64,000 bases of DNA, taken from positions 7,275,566 through 7,339,565 of the forward strand of contig NW_003526943.1 in assembly GCF_000181795.1 (NCBI RefSeq), written 5' to 3'. The stretch is from Trichinella spiralis. Its lineage: Eukaryota. The stretch's first letter is position 1, and every line of letters begins with the position of its first letter. This document shows, piece after piece, positions 1 to 14,497 of the stretch. The translations under genes were made by a program, and so were the position numbers. A model generated the notes under the pieces. The model was not told the DNA's origin. It did no database searches and saw only the letters and a program-made list of their open reading frames with translations.

Positions 1-66
1 TAAAACAATTTTCATTTTATATGGAAATGCAAAAATACAAATATTATTCGCAATTTTGCCGGTTAC

Positions 67-777
67 GTGCGGCTCGCCGTCGCGGAGAAGTTTGTGTAAA
101 ACGTGACAAAATTTCCAACTTATAACCAAATTACTTTCTAGCTGAATTTTCGTCAAATTGGCCCAGAACAACCCAGCACCACGATCGTTATAAGTACCAA
201 GAATCAGTGCTAAATATGATTTTACTTTGAACAAAAAAAATATTATAAAATTCAGAAAAAAAATACCCACTTACTTCGTAGATGCTTTTCTTTCACCGCA
301 CATTCTTGAGCATTTATGCATTTCAAAAGGGCAGCTGACTGAAATATATAAGCATCGAACAGAAATTATCATCAATAATTATTATTTGCATTTTGTAAAA
401 ATTTTAAGTTAAACAATAATTTCATATTCTTATCAATGTTAAACTTCCGTAAAGTGAAGATGTAAATTAGAAATTTTTCAAATATATAAATAATATTCAT
501 AAAGTAAATTCTAGTGTTGTACTATTAATAATTGAACTGGTAAGACAATACCAAACTTGCGTTCATTTAATACAGTAAGATAAGTAAAAAAACAACAACA
601 TTAACATTAAGTAGTTCAATACAGAAGTGAACTATTTTTTCTTTAAATATAATTTAAAACATTTAAATAGAAGAAACTGCTGACAATTCAAACCTGCAAC
701 TTTTCATACTCTTCACGATCCATCATCATCGTGCTTGGTCGACGTAGAAGGTTTTTTGGAATATTTGCAGCTGTCAT
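67..777 (-). CDS. HIP1: Huntingtin-interacting protein 1 / Sla2 (ANTH domain), 5' exons; gene runs off the left edge
   Basis: Not in the ORF track. Manual splicing of minus-strand exons 777-694, 338-275 and 209-~67 gives MTAANIPKNLLRRPSTMMMDREEYEKLQ/SAALLKCINAQECAVKEKHLR/TLILGTYNDRGAGLFWANLTKIQLESNLVISWKFCHVLHKLLRDGEPH. This matches the HIP1/HIP1R ANTH motifs KEKH.R..ILGT and WKFCHV.HKLLRDG. Splice boundaries are GT-AG and in phase. Confidence 0.88.
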
Positions 778-2108
778 ATCACAGAACGGCGTTAATCATT
801 GGTGCAACACTTATCTAAACAACAGCTAGTGTTAACAAACATAAAATGAAAATTTTCATTTATCGATTCTTAAACTCTTTAAATATCACGTGAAAATTAA
901 GTAATTAGAATTTATAACACGTACAGAAGAATAGTCTAAAAGAAGATATACACGAAATGGAATGATTTATTGCATCCACATCAGGAATTGTTTCCTATTA
1001 AAGCAGACTGGACAAAATGCTGATTTCAAAACTGGTTGTTAAAAGTTGTAATATATGCTGATCACTATCACATGCACCCAAGAACAACTCTAATAGCAGT
1101 TACTGAAAATAGAAAGACAAATCAAGCAGTTCTAAAATATAAAAATTACTAAAATTTTAATTGAAATGGTAGAATACTATTACCCACTGGTGGAATTTTT
1201 GAGAAAAACAGTAACAAAAATATTGTTGAAACATTCCCTTTTTCTTACGTTTTCAAATGCTGCTAACAGTCTGATGCTAATAAAATAATTCTTTTACGTA
1301 ATATTATACGATACTGAGAATTTAATAAAAATAAAATTAAAGTTTTAAAAAATTTTAATCTTATATATCTGATAAATTTCTATTATCAAACTGTACAAGT
1401 TATGCATTATAAAGAAATTTCAGAATACTTAATTTCCGGTCAACAGACGTAGTTATTTTTCAAATAAAATATTGCACACTTCGAAACATTCATCATATAA
1501 ATGTAAATACATCCATCTGCTTTCACATATTCCAATTTAAATGGCATATAAATATATCTTAGTTTTTGTTGCCAACTGTACCTTCACCTTCTTCAGAAAA
1601 AATGACGGAAGATGCTATTTCTCAAAAACTGAACATATGAAAATGTGATTTTTCTTTGCATAAATTATCGAGTGCTGATAACTAGAATACATGCAAAATG
1701 TTCCTTATTGTAAAGTAATAATGAAGTTCAATTGCCATTACGCTTACTGTATTTTATTAATCATTCATTCTAGAAGTAATGATATAAAAAATTTTGATCT
1801 TTTAAAATTTGTGAAAGATGTAAATTTTTACTTATTTTATTTCAGCTTTGTTAAGATTTAAAGTCAATCAAATTTTTAGCAAATTTTGCTTAATATAACT
1901 TTAAAAATGCTAACATATCATAAACAAAACATAAAAATTCTATAAATAATTTAATTATAATTTTAAAAATATATTTTACAAAATCAGTGTTCTTATAAAA
2001 GTAAATGTTGTTTATTATCTGTTATTAATCCTACATTTTATTTATCATTTGGCAGTCGTACTGTAGTGTTTTCAGGTGTGTGTATCACCTCCCGTTTTGT
2101 TGTTAAAG

Positions 2109-5100
2109 ATGGCTGAACATCACGACGCTTCTCGTCATGGCGTTCATGTTAAAACCGAAGCAGCATATTTTCGCAGAGAAAGGTAAATTTACTGATTTTA
2201 CAACTCTCATAACCTATCGAAGAATGCATTTTATTTCAAGTTCTGTGTCGTTGAAAACGTAATCATTTAACGCTAGTCTGAGTATTTCAGTTTTTCAATC
2301 TTCAGATTTGTGTTTTTGTGAATTCGATTTATTTGACTAGCTCAACGAAGACAACATTTTTTTGTATTTTGAAAAATGCAATTATGTTAAGCAGCTCTGC
2401 TTGAAATGTGGGCGTTTATGTGCGATTAATAATAATTTTGTGATATAATAATTTTTGAGATATATAGGATTATAATGAATGTATTTTTTTATGTAAAATT
2501 TTTAAGTGTATATTGAGTTCAATTTAAAGTTGATTGATTTTTATAAACTTTAAGTTTCGTAGTTTGTTATGTCTGTTTTTCGTCGTTTGAAGTTCGCGTT
2601 GTATTAAGTAAATAAGGAATGACGTTTTTCACAAACATAAGCTTCAGTGTTTGTCTGGTCTTAAATACTGAGCAGAAGCGCTTTTCCTGAATGATTAGCA
2701 AAAATCAATTGTTTTTCCGTTTGGCATGCACGCATGTGTTCATGATTGATTTGTTGACCTATATGTGTTATCTCATTTTTGAACAGTTTGTTTCAAAGTA
2801 TTGCATGTTTGTGAGTGCTTTTTCAGTTTTCGATCTCCGAACAATGGTGCGGAACGTTTTGACGCGTCGTATGATTCCGAAGGAGCACTGGAAATTCAAA
2901 GGAAGAAATTCAGCGGTCGCGCGAGATTGTTCATTGGTAATCTGCCTCAAGACACAACGGAAGAAGAGTTGCGAGAACTGTTTTCTAAATTTGGTGAATT
3001 GTCTGAATGCTTTATTTCGCGAAAAGGATTTGCATTCGTCCGGATGGTATGTGTTTTTATTGATTTTTTAATTCTTTAATAAATGAGTTCTATATTTCAG
3101 GCTAACCGTCCCAGTGCTGAAAGAGCAAAGGAAAAATTAGATGGTTTTGTGTTCAAAGGTCGTCCACTTCGAATTCGTTTTGCTGCGAATGCTGCGGCAC
3201 TGCGAGTCAAGGAACTTTCACCTCTTGTTTCTAACGAATTATTATTTTCGGTAATTTAGTGTATTTGCTCAGTCATGTTTAATGTTTATGTTTTACAATT
3301 ATTTTTAAGGCTTTTTCCATGTTTGGTGATGTGGAACGTGCTGTGCACATTGTAGATGATCGTGGAAGGCCTACAGGCGAGGGAATTGTTGAATTTGAGC
3401 GAAAGCCAGGTGCTCAAGAAGCTCTGAAGCGAATCAATTCTGGCGTTTTTTTGTTGACCGGGTATTTTGCAGAAACATTGGACTATTGAAGAAGGTTTAA
3501 TTATTGTTCAGTTTTAGAAATTCCCGTCCAATTGTTGTTGAACCATTTGAAGTTAAAGATGATGAAGATGGCTTGGCAGAACGGTTAATGACAAAAAATG
3601 CCTCTTTTCAAAGGTTTGCTTTTTTCTTTTGTTTTAGTTAAAAGTAATTTGCGTGAGTTTTACAGTAGAATTGTAAGTGCTGAAATTTCATTCCGTACGA
3701 ATTATTTTCTTTTAAATTGATTCTCAAATAAATGGTTTTAAATTTTATGATAATTATATAGATAGATAGTAATTTTCAATTACGGTGAGTTTTAGGGAAA
3801 GGACGGCACCGCCCAGATTTGCTCCACCTGGTACATTTGAATTTGAATATGGTAACAGGTGGAAGGCATTGTATGAAGTAGAACAGTTGAAACGTGACGA
3901 GTTGGAACGTCAGTTGAAAGAGGCGCGGATGCAGTTAGAAAATGAGATGGAAATGATGCGTGAAGACTACCGCGCGATGGTACTGAGGGAAGGTGAGAGT
4001 GGATTTTGAGTAATGAAATATGCATAAATGTTTTTGTTTGGTTGCTTTGCTTTCTTGCAGACTTGAGGCGTCGTCAAGATGAATTAGAACGTTTGGAAGC
4101 CGCTAGACGTGAACGCATAGATTTGTTTCGATTGAGAGGCGGAAATCATCAGATTCCGGCTGGTGCAAATTTCGTGCCTCCACCTTTCATACATCAGGTT
4201 TGCGGAGGGGATTGTTTTTGATAGAAAAATTTGGGTTTATTATTGTTTTTAGATGCCAGCTCCGCCGGATGGTGCAGCTGCTTTTTTCGGAAATCCAGAC
4301 AATGGAATAGTGCCACAGCGAAGTCAAGGCCGAGGTAGGGAAAATTCAAAATGCGGAGTTCATCCACACTTCAGTTGCATGAGAATCATCTTTCAGATGA
4401 CAATTTAGTTTACGGCCTTCACAAGCTATTAGGTTTTTTTGAAAACACTGCCGGAATGGGTGGGCAGATTGATATTTCGTGTTTTCTTTACCAGATACTG
4501 AACAGTTGGATGTTCATTATAGGTATACCTGCTCTGCAGCAAGCGCAGCACTTGTTTGGAAATAATCAAATTGAAGAAGGGGCTCGACGTCCAGGTCATA
4601 AGGTAAGCAAAAATTTTTTCTGTTTTTTGGCATGTGCATCTCAGTTTTCTTGTGGTCATATAAACATTATTTCTTTCTCTTTTGTAAGTTTTTATCTCAC
4701 TTATCAAATTAACAGTAGACTGTAATTGTGAGATTATGGTGCTTAAAAGCATAAAACACAGATTTACGTTTATGAAAACACAGAACTGGGGATTTTAATA
4801 GTGGTACGCAGTATTTAGTTCAAATTAATATTTTTTATCGACGTTATTTTAGTTTTAATAAACCAGTGATTACATATAGGTGGTTTGTCTAATTTAACAC
4901 TTAGTTTTTTATTCAATCAGTGGAAGGTTGTGCATACTGAAGTTTTTTTTTCATGTAGATGCATTGCTTTTTTGAATTTTTATTATCAGTGCGAACGAGA
5001 TTTGTCTTCGCAAATCAGCAGTACATTTCCTTTCACTGTTTATTGTAAAACAATGGTGTTATCTACTTGCTGAACGCACTTTTATAATGCTTTTTTTTGG

Positions 5101-5967
5101 TGACAAGATGAAACAAGAAAAAAATTATGAAAATGTGATGTTATGACTGTTATTGCCGGTTGTTGAAATAACGTTTTAAACATGTACGTCAGTTTCAATA
5201 GAATATGTCGAAATAGAAAATTTTTGCTGATTGATGACTGCAGTTGTCTGCAGTATGTTGTTGTGTCCTGAAAACTATGATTTTTATTGATTTAAAGAAT
5301 ACTATACAATATTAAGAAATATTTTTTTGGTTTTTAATTTCATTATATCAGGAGAGGGTAGTAACATAATTTAAAGTAATTATTTCTTTAATAAAGGAAT
5401 AATTGTTAAATTATGTCGAGTTATATAAGGTTTGTATATGATAGATTATATTTGATTTATTTATACTTAATAATACCTAAATATACATGTAGACAGTGAT
5501 ATTTGCAGAAGCAGTTGTTCATTGTTGGCTGTTTGTTGTTGTAATTTCTTTCCATATATGATTATTTACTGGTAAGCTTATGTTTGAAATAAGGCCAGCT
5601 GGTTCGATTATTGGGGTGTATAGCATTGAATTTACATTTGCAGTACTGCGCTACATTTAATATGCAGTTTTTATTTCATCTTTCACATAATCCATTGTAT
5701 TCATTTATCGTATTCTATATTGTCCTACTGAATATATGCTGAAAAGGAAAAAATTCATTTATGTAAATGATAAATATTGGTGGCTTATGTCACGTTGAAA
5801 GCTGAATGCATTGAACACTGCCACGTGGCAGCATTTCAGTTTTGGCCTGTGATTGTGTTCAGCAAATCTTGTCTTTCATTTAGCGATCGCCTAACACAAG
5901 TGATGTGTACGGTAACATCGGGGACAGGATGCCCGCAAATAAACGCCGAAACACGCGGCGTCATTGA
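2109..5967 (+). CDS. NONO: DBHS-family RNA-binding protein (NONO/SFPQ/nonA-like), about 10 exons
   Basis: ATG at 2109. Two RRMs ([10 protein letters not shown]...[23 protein letters not shown]...[23 protein letters not shown]), NOPS ([18 protein letters not shown]...[23 protein letters not shown]) and a coiled coil. Last exon 5884-5967 reads [27 protein letters not shown], resembling the DBHS C-terminal PNKRRR NLS. Confidence 0.92.
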
Positions 5968-8900
5968 TTCGCTCCTTCCTATAATCATTTCTGTGATCCG
6001 TCAGCAGGTATTTTGCTAAAGGACGCGAGACGACAAAAGGCGCCTTCCTGTTATTCTTCAGCTTTGTGTTTTGTATATCACCAGTTCATTTCTGTATCTT
6101 GTATTCATATATTCCCGTAGAGACGACTGTATCAAGCGTGCAAGCGTACACTTACATATATGTTTTTCTCTATGCCGGACTGCATGTTCATATGTGCATA
6201 CGTGCATAATTACATTCATCACAGTTTATACGACCGTTCTATATGCATATATACATATATTAATCTGATATTATGGTGTGATTGTGTGTGAGCTGGTTTT
6301 TAATCAGTTATTTTTTAAATACGTGGGATTTTTTGTTTGCACTCTAGTAAACAAAAGTGTACGTGTTTTGCGTTAATTTGTTTACGTTGTTGTATGCTAC
6401 TGGTATTATAGCATTCGAAAAATATATTATTTCTTTTTCTATCAGTTTTATTATTTCCTTCGAAGTAAATGATGCCGTGAAGTGATATCTCAAATTGTAA
6501 TTTTCTCTTCAATGGAACAGAATAAGAACAGAATCACGTGTGTGTGTGTGTCAAAAATAAAAAAAATGTGCGTTGCATTCGGCTGCTTGCGGCTTCAACT
6601 CTGGATAAAGTGATAATAAGCAGCAAGTGTGCTGTCAAGTTATGAAGTGTTTTCTGATGTTCTTGTTGCCGTGAAAATATTTGGAAAATGTTGTTCTTAA
6701 TTTGAATGCGAACACCATCTATCTTCTTGATTTGGTAAGGTTGTAAAAAAATGACAGCGCACTTGTTTTATGATGATAGTTTTTTTTAATAAAGCCAAAT
6801 TTGGCTGTTTGTTGTTATTGTTGATTTATAATGTCAATTACATAGAATATTGAAAATACTGTTGTTTGTTACTGAATATCTTCCATGGAAATTGGTATGC
6901 ATATGTACATGATTAGAAAATTTTACTGACCAGGTCTAGTCACACCACTGTTATTGGTTATTAATTTGTATGTGTAAAATGTTTATATTGTTTGAAGTGA
7001 ATATTTTTCTTTCTTATATTGATTTAATAATAGACAACATTTTTATTAATTTAACATTGATGATCATATGCGAATATATATTGATTTCTTTTTTCTTTTG
7101 TGTATATGCCTTATATGTTAGCAGAAATCTTAAATGGCTATTATAAAATATTCATGTGCAGTTTTCAAATTGTGCACAGAATGGTGCAGATAATTCAAAG
7201 AGTCATGTAGAAGAAAGAATTATGAATTCAGTTATAAATTACTGCAAAAATAACAGCAGTACTGATGAGCAGGCATGTTTGATGTTATTTGTTAGACTTT
7301 GGTTAAAATTGAAAAAGAAACGAGCGATCAAATTATATTTTGTTTTGTTTGTTATTCATGCGCATAATTTTGTAGTCTTCAATGAAATAAGTTGTGTAAA
7401 TTCATTTGGTAGTAATTTTTTGTCATCATTACCTAAGCAGTTACATAATCACTTTTGCTGCATTTTGTTGTGTTCACTTATGTCGTACAAGAAAAAATAT
7501 CTGTCGAATGGGACTAAGCATATGGCCAGATGGCAAGAAGCTGAAGAAAAATGGAAGTGCAGAAATTGGAATATTGGCAGATGTTTTTTCTTCTATTATT
7601 CAATTCATCTGATGGAATTGATCATTGTGATATTGTTGTATGGCGATTAGAAAATATCACAAACATTGCTTTTGGTTGAGCATTGATTCATGAGAAGTGT
7701 AACAGGTATTTGTGGTTAAATTATTAGATTTGCTTTCTAATGCTCCGCAGTTGAATTACCATTATAATAATAATAATAATCATTGTTATTATTATTATTA
7801 TTATTATTGTTTTAGTTTGCTTAAGTTTTGTTGCTTTTGATTTTATGTTGTCTGAAATTTTTAAAAATATGATTATAATTTTCTTTTTTTGAGTACATTG
7901 CATGATATACGTTGATTTGATTTTTTATCAACAGTAATTTCAGTTTATTTTCTTTACGTCTGTTTTAGCTTACAGTTGACTTGTTATACAGTAAGTATAT
8001 ATTGTTTGCCATAGTTTTAAAATTGAACGATTTTTTCGTTGGTAATTGTTAAAGTAAACAATAAAAAGTACTGAATCATTTTTTTTCATTCAAATGAAAA
8101 AATTCATTGAACCTTCATTTGACATGAAATTAATGTTCTTTTATATACTAATGTAAATGATTTGAAAATTAGAAAAACATTATTTAATCGTTTTCTATTT
8201 ATATTTAAGTTATTTTTGTTGTTTCTTTTCTAAATTTGTTTTAACCTAAATTAATATCGATATTTAAATAATTTTTATTGTATGTTGCTGGTTAATTGAA
8301 GTTGAAGGAGAAAAGATTGCTTTCATAATAAACACAGTAGTAATTCTGATTATCAATTTATTTATATTTCTATTTTGAGGAATTGTACAGAAATGGCACG
8401 AGTTGCGCTCTGCGATGATGAAATGATTAAATGATAGTGCATGGCGTATGTTCATATTTTTAGCATACTTGTTTTCTTTGGTGTATTTTCGGCATTAATG
8501 TGCTTTTAAAAAGGATGAAAATTTTCTAAAATGTAAAGTTTATTTTTATTTTTCACTTGGAAAATGTGAATAAAATATATTATACATTATTTACAGTACA
8601 GTATAATGCATTGATTATATGCAAAATATAGAATGATTAAATTAGTTTGTTTAACTAAGAATGTGTTATATATTAAGAATTGTATGCATATTTTTCATTT
8701 TTTAAAATACTACTAATATGGATTACATTTCAGAAAATTTTCCATTTTTTTTTCATCCTTTGAGCAGTAATTGTGTCTGTTGCAGAAAGTGTGAAATATT
8801 TTCCATATTTGTCGACGTATTTAATTCAGATTTATACCAAAGAATGGGAATGAGAATTATTCATAGATTGCGAGGAAAATTGTAACCAACTGTAATGTTC

Positions 8901-11688
8901 TGTTTGTGTTTGTGGTTGCTTGTATTTTAATGCGTGACAGAGGGCACCTTGGATATTGCTTATTGCAGATGTGCTCGTCAAAATCAAAGCGGAATAAGGT
9001 AAAAATTATTGCATAATTCTTATTTTGTATATTTTCTTTTCTCAATTTCTCAGTTTTATTTCGTAAGAGAATTAAACGGTAAATATTTATTATAATTAAT
9101 ATCGAAATTATGTTTTTCTTTTGTATTTTTTACTTTTTACTGTTCTCATCAGCTGAGATATCATCGAATGATTTTGTATTATTCATATTTTCCCTCCAAT
9201 AAAGTAACTGAAAGGTAGACTTTGAATGAGCAGTGTATTTTTATGTATTTATTTTCGAACAGTCGCATTTTGAACTGCTGAGCAGAGAAAATGTGGTGGT
9301 ATGATTATTGCTTATTGTTTTAAAAAAATTTTTTTTGCTTTTCAACTCTACCGGTGATTTGTAAATTTTCCTTTTTCAGCTCTGATGAATATGAATATGA
9401 TGTTTAAAAAAATAGCGCTAAACGCATTCGAAAATATGCGCAGTTCGAAAGAAAATGGGAAATACGAATTTCCCTTATTATTACATTTTATTTCATTTTG
9501 AGATATTTTCCGTGATTAATATATGTAAATTTTTTTTCTCTAAAGTGATTTTCCACATATACTTTTTAAATAATTTATAAATTTAGTAAACAAAGAAAAT
9601 TTTCGCTTTTGCTAGGAATTATTATTACTTTTTTCTTCAAAATTTTTTCAGTTATTTTTTCTCCAAATATATATATATGTCAACGCATGTTGGTGATTTT
9701 ATAAAAACATTTTTTGTTTCATATTTTACTTATTTTTTTGTTTGTCAACATTTTTGTATCTTAGAGCATAAGTTTAATACATTCTCAGTGAATGAATCCT
9801 TTTAGTGGAATAATCAGAGTTTATGTTGGAATTAACTATAATGTATTAAAATGTTATGTACACAGTTTCACAATATAAATAGACCTAGCTTATATTATGA
9901 TTGCAGTTTCAATTATATATATATAAGTGGAAAATATTTTACACCCAACTTTTTTGTTTCTGTTTTACTATACCTGAAGGTATTGATTTTTTATTTTAAA
10001 GCACAGGTATGTGATATGACGGAGACGCATGTACGCGCACATATACATATTGATGCTAATTCCGCTCGTATTTTTATCATAACACTGATTGTTATTTATT
10101 TCAGGATGCACCACTCCGGATGGAAATTGTTTCTGCAGCAAACTGTTGCTTTGAATCATTTGAATACATTTTAGAAAAACATATTATTGTTGTGCATTAT
10201 TATTACTTTTTAGTTTTTAATAAACTATTCAATAAAATGATATGTCATGTGTAATTTCAACTGCAATAAAAAAGAATCAGATGGCTATTTTTTCATTCAT
10301 CCCCAACAAGCAGTCATCGTTCAATAATAGAAAAAAAGCATCTTCAACCAATCCACTTAGCGTAAAGCTTATTGCATTTGCGCAGATTTATGTATTTTCA
10401 AATTGATCAACGACGAAATTGCATTAATTCAAAGTAGTAAATTAAAAAAAATGTATTGCTACAAGCAGTTCCCAGTAAATTAAACTTATTTCTTAACAAT
10501 TCAACGAATTATTGATGCTTTTCAATTGCTGAAGCATATCAATCAAATTTACATGCAAAATAACTGAGGATGATAATATATATGCTAACAAGGCTGAGAA
10601 AGCAATCGATGGGTTTGCCGTACGTAAACGCGCCGTGCTTTCTAGCCAACACAGTATATTATTAAAGTATTTGGAATTTTCTGAATTGAAGGGATGTTTC
10701 GTTTCTTTCAGTAGCACTAACCTGTATAAAAATTTATCTATAGATTTTTTGTTTTACTTTACTATGACTGAATGCTTTTTATTATGTACCATGTTGTCCT
10801 TGTTGATAACCATTGGCTTATTCACTTGCATTTTCTAGCATTTGAAAATCACAAGAATTAAAAGTGATGGATGCATGTATAGTGTTAAACTGTTTCCATT
10901 TAAAGTTCATTATTATTGTTATGGCCGAAAATTGTAATACGCATATTAGTGACATTTGTTTTTTCATTTGTTACACTTCTGTATCTCTATTCACAGATAC
11001 AAAGAAAACAAAAAATAATATCTGGCATTTTACTCGTAAATAAAATGGCGATTTAATTTAAAAAATTTTGCTAATAACTTTATTTTTAATAACTGTAATC
11101 AAAATTCAAAAAAATGTTGAATAACGAACTTGATTATTTTTAAAGTACCTGTAATTTTATTGCCGTCAAAATTTACTTTAAATTAAGAATAGTCGGCTAA
11201 ACTCTTTTTAAAATTTATATTTTATTTTTTTAATCATTTACTTTACTTGCAAGTGACTTGAATACATTCATCCAAATATGTTTTACAGTAAATCAGCTCT
11301 TGTACCTCATTAAAATACTATAATGAGGTATTTCTAATGCATGTTTTGCTTAAAAAATTTTGTCGTCGCAGGTTGTTTTTAAGGTGAAATTTTCTTTCAT
11401 TATATTCCACATTTATTACACTGTATGAATTCTGTTTATTCATTTATTTATTTTTGCTGCATTTTCATTCTTCTTTGTCAGAAAGTGGTGATGCTGAAAT
11501 TTTTTGAAATACCAAAACCTAGTCAAATTACCACATTTAGTGTTATGCAACTGCATTATAATTAACATTTAATTTATTGATTTTATTTATTATCATTATG
11601 GGATAGTCGCTGCTTTGAAATAAAACGATCTTCTATCCGAAGCTAATAGTTATTTTATAGAAATTTTATTTCTGATCGTCGATTTCTT

Positions 11689-12588
11689 ATGGATAAGGAT
11701 AAAGGTGATTTTTGATTGCAAACATGTCGAAATTCATTGATGAAATTTGACGTTTTGCTTGTCAGATTATCAATCTGCTTTGGAAAAGTCCGATTTAAAA
11801 GTCAGTCCCCAAAAAGTATCGCGTGATCAGTGGAAGCAGATCTTGACTCCAGAACAATTTAATATCACTCGAAATGCTGCTACTGAAAAGGTGTGTTCTT
11901 TTATTTTAAATTCGGATTTTTTGATCCGGTTTGATTTTATTGTTTTTAAGCCATTCTCTAGTAAATATTGCAAAGTAAATGAAGATGGCATGTACACTTG
12001 CGTATGTTGTGGAGCCACTTTATTCAGGTATAATGATATTGTTTGTTCAATGTTAAAGTGCTTGCATGCATTAATTGTAAACAGATTATAAATAAAATAT
12101 AATAAATAAAACGTTCAGTTCATTTTGTAATAGCTTATTTTTATCCGGTTTTGAATGATGTAATTTATGATTTAGTAATGCAAACTTTTATTGTTGAATA
12201 TGATTCAGTTTGGAACTCTCGGTGCATAAAAAATACAAAACAGATAATTCATTTTAGTGCTTCTACGAAATTTGATTCAAATTGTGGTTGGCCGTCTTTT
12301 TTCGACGCCGAAGAATCATCCGTTATAACTCGAAATGACTTTTCGAATAACATGGTGCGAACTGAGGTGCTTTGCAAAGCGGTAATGTATATACCAATTT
12401 GTTATTTTAAACTGAAAATCGACTTGGGCACTTTATTTCAGTGCCACGCCCATCTGGGACATTTGTTTTCAGACGGGCCAAAACCATCTGGCATGCGTTA
12501 CTGTATCAACGGCATTGCATTGAATTTCAAGCCGTCGTCCGAAACCCAAGCCTCTGCTGCTGATGATGATCATCAAAGCAAAAATTAA
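11689..12588 (+). CDS. MSRB: Methionine-R-sulfoxide reductase B (MsrB, Cys-type, Zn-binding), 5 exons
   Basis: [71 protein letters not shown]. Two CxxC motifs and the catalytic RYCIN motif are present. Confidence 0.95.
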
Positions 12589-12980
12589 ACGATTAATAAC
12601 AATTAGTTAAATTTACACCAGAAGTGGACGTTTTGAAATTGTTACTTTGTTTTCATTTGCAAACTGAAACGATGCATTTTTTAAATTTTCGTTTCAACAG
12701 AATTTGAAATTTATAATTCTTTGAATGCAAAATTAACATACAAGTGGAGTGTGTTCATATACAGTTTATTTTGAAACAAATAACGAACATTACTGAAAGA
12801 ACCCTGTCTTATTGCTGTCAATTTAGAAAATATCGACCTTCACTTGGTACTTATCAAAAACTGTATAGTTATTCTTGTCAAGGTTTAATATGATATACAC
12901 TGATAAATAATTTCTGGAAAATGCAGTCAATAGCAGTTTATTGCATTATTTTAAAATTATTTATAAATGTTACAGAATTG

Positions 12981-14030
12981 TGTAGTGTTTGCCGTGGTAT
13001 CGTTTGCTGCTATCGCCGAGTCCTGTGAATCCTTACGCACAACAGAACGACGCTTTACTATTCTAGCAATACACACACTAGATATGAGATATGCTGCTGA
13101 CTGCACCGTCTAAGCAACAACCTACAGTTAGAAATCTGGTACTTAAGAAAAGGCGGTAAATTGGTATGCTGGCATCATCCATGGAAGCAGTTCGACCCAG
13201 GTTTCAGGATTATCGCTTCATATGGTTGATGACATTTCCAGGAGGGTGCTATTTTATCTTTCTACCAAATGTTGTACTAGAGATTGTAAGCCCTAGACTG
13301 TATCTGTAGCAGTCGACCCAATTCTGACATCAGCTCTGCTTCTACACTTTGCCGCTGATCAATGTGCAGCTTGTCTGGTGCACCAAAATATACTACGTAT
13401 CTTTCCATTAACGTTTTGGCTACTGTTTGCGCCTCCACATTCAATGATGAGAACACTGCCAGTTACTTTGTGAAGCAGTCGACCACTACTAAAGTAAAAT
13501 GATTTCCAGGCGTTGAACGTAGCCCTGCAAAATCCATGCCCAATCTCTGCGCTGGGTAGTCAGTGCCAATGGGTTTCAAGGGAGCTTCCTTGCTCTTCAA
13601 AGGTTTTTTTAGGGCTGCATACTGTTTGCACGTCCTGCACCACACTTGGATATCATTACTCATCCCGGACCTGTAGAACCGGCTTCTTATCCTAGATAGG
13701 TATAGGTGACCAACATATCGGCTATTGTGCGAGCATCTGAACACTTCTTCTCTGTTTGCTTTAGGCCCCACCAGCTGATTGCTTCCTCCACTCCCAGACT
13801 GGGACAAGCATCTCGCGCCGCGTAGCGCAGTAGCTGCTCTCTGCTTTAGTCAAAGAGTAGCTTGTAAAAGGCACTGCTGGTTCGCTGCCATCGATGTTCT
13901 GACATAGGACAACCCATGGACTATTCCCAATGGAGTCGACATCAATGATGAACATTCGTTCGAAGTTTAAGAATGCCAGTATCAGGAAGATGTGAGGTGT
14001 TTAGAGTTGAACAACAGAAGCTTGCCTCAG
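12981..14030 (-). mobile_element. Heavily degraded Ty3/Gypsy fragment with probable short LTR
   Basis: Broken minus-strand frames give RNase H-like (FIIDVDS..G; SLTKAESSYCATRREML) and integrase-like (CHNSRYVGHL...CRTC; QRLGMDFAG; LVVVDCFTK) peptides. 12981-13126 is bounded by TGTAG...CTACA, as expected for an LTR. Confidence 0.75.
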
Positions 14031-14497
14031 AAAAGCTTTGTTTAATAAAATAAAAAATGATGATCACGTATGTCCATATAATGTAAATCAGTAACAGCGC
14101 ACCCGTATTAGATCAAAATTTGATAAAGAACCATCATCCAATCACACAAATCAAAGCTGAACAGCTAATGAAATTCAAAAAGTCATTTACCGAATTAATG
14201 TTCAACGTAGTATAGCTTATCAGTGAACAGCCAATCAGAAACAGGGGTCCAAAATCAAGCGGACAAAGAAAATGTAAGCCATAAAAATCGTCTAACACAG
14301 AGATATCAGTCAAAACAGCAGTAGCAAAAATGATTTAAATAAACTGAGCTAGAGTTACAAATGCTGTCTACCCTGCTTGAAATGCAACAGTACAAAATCT
14401 ATACTTAGCATGATTTCTTATTCGAATAAATTCTCTCAAATATTTAATTTCTTTGTAAGGATGTGAATTTGGAAAATAGATAAAAATTTTTGAAAAT

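Noticed and set aside
7764..7809. Inverted (AAT)n/(ATT)n hairpin
   Set aside because: Low-complexity microsatellite with no evidence of function.
6000..11600. Short ORFs in the track (e.g. 7156-7650, 9851-10174)
   Set aside because: AT-rich, F/I/L/K-biased translations with no recognisable domain or coherent exon chain.
11689..12900. MsrB as a selenoprotein with SECIS
   Set aside because: The catalytic codon is TGT (RYCING), there is no in-frame TGA, and no SECIS was evident.
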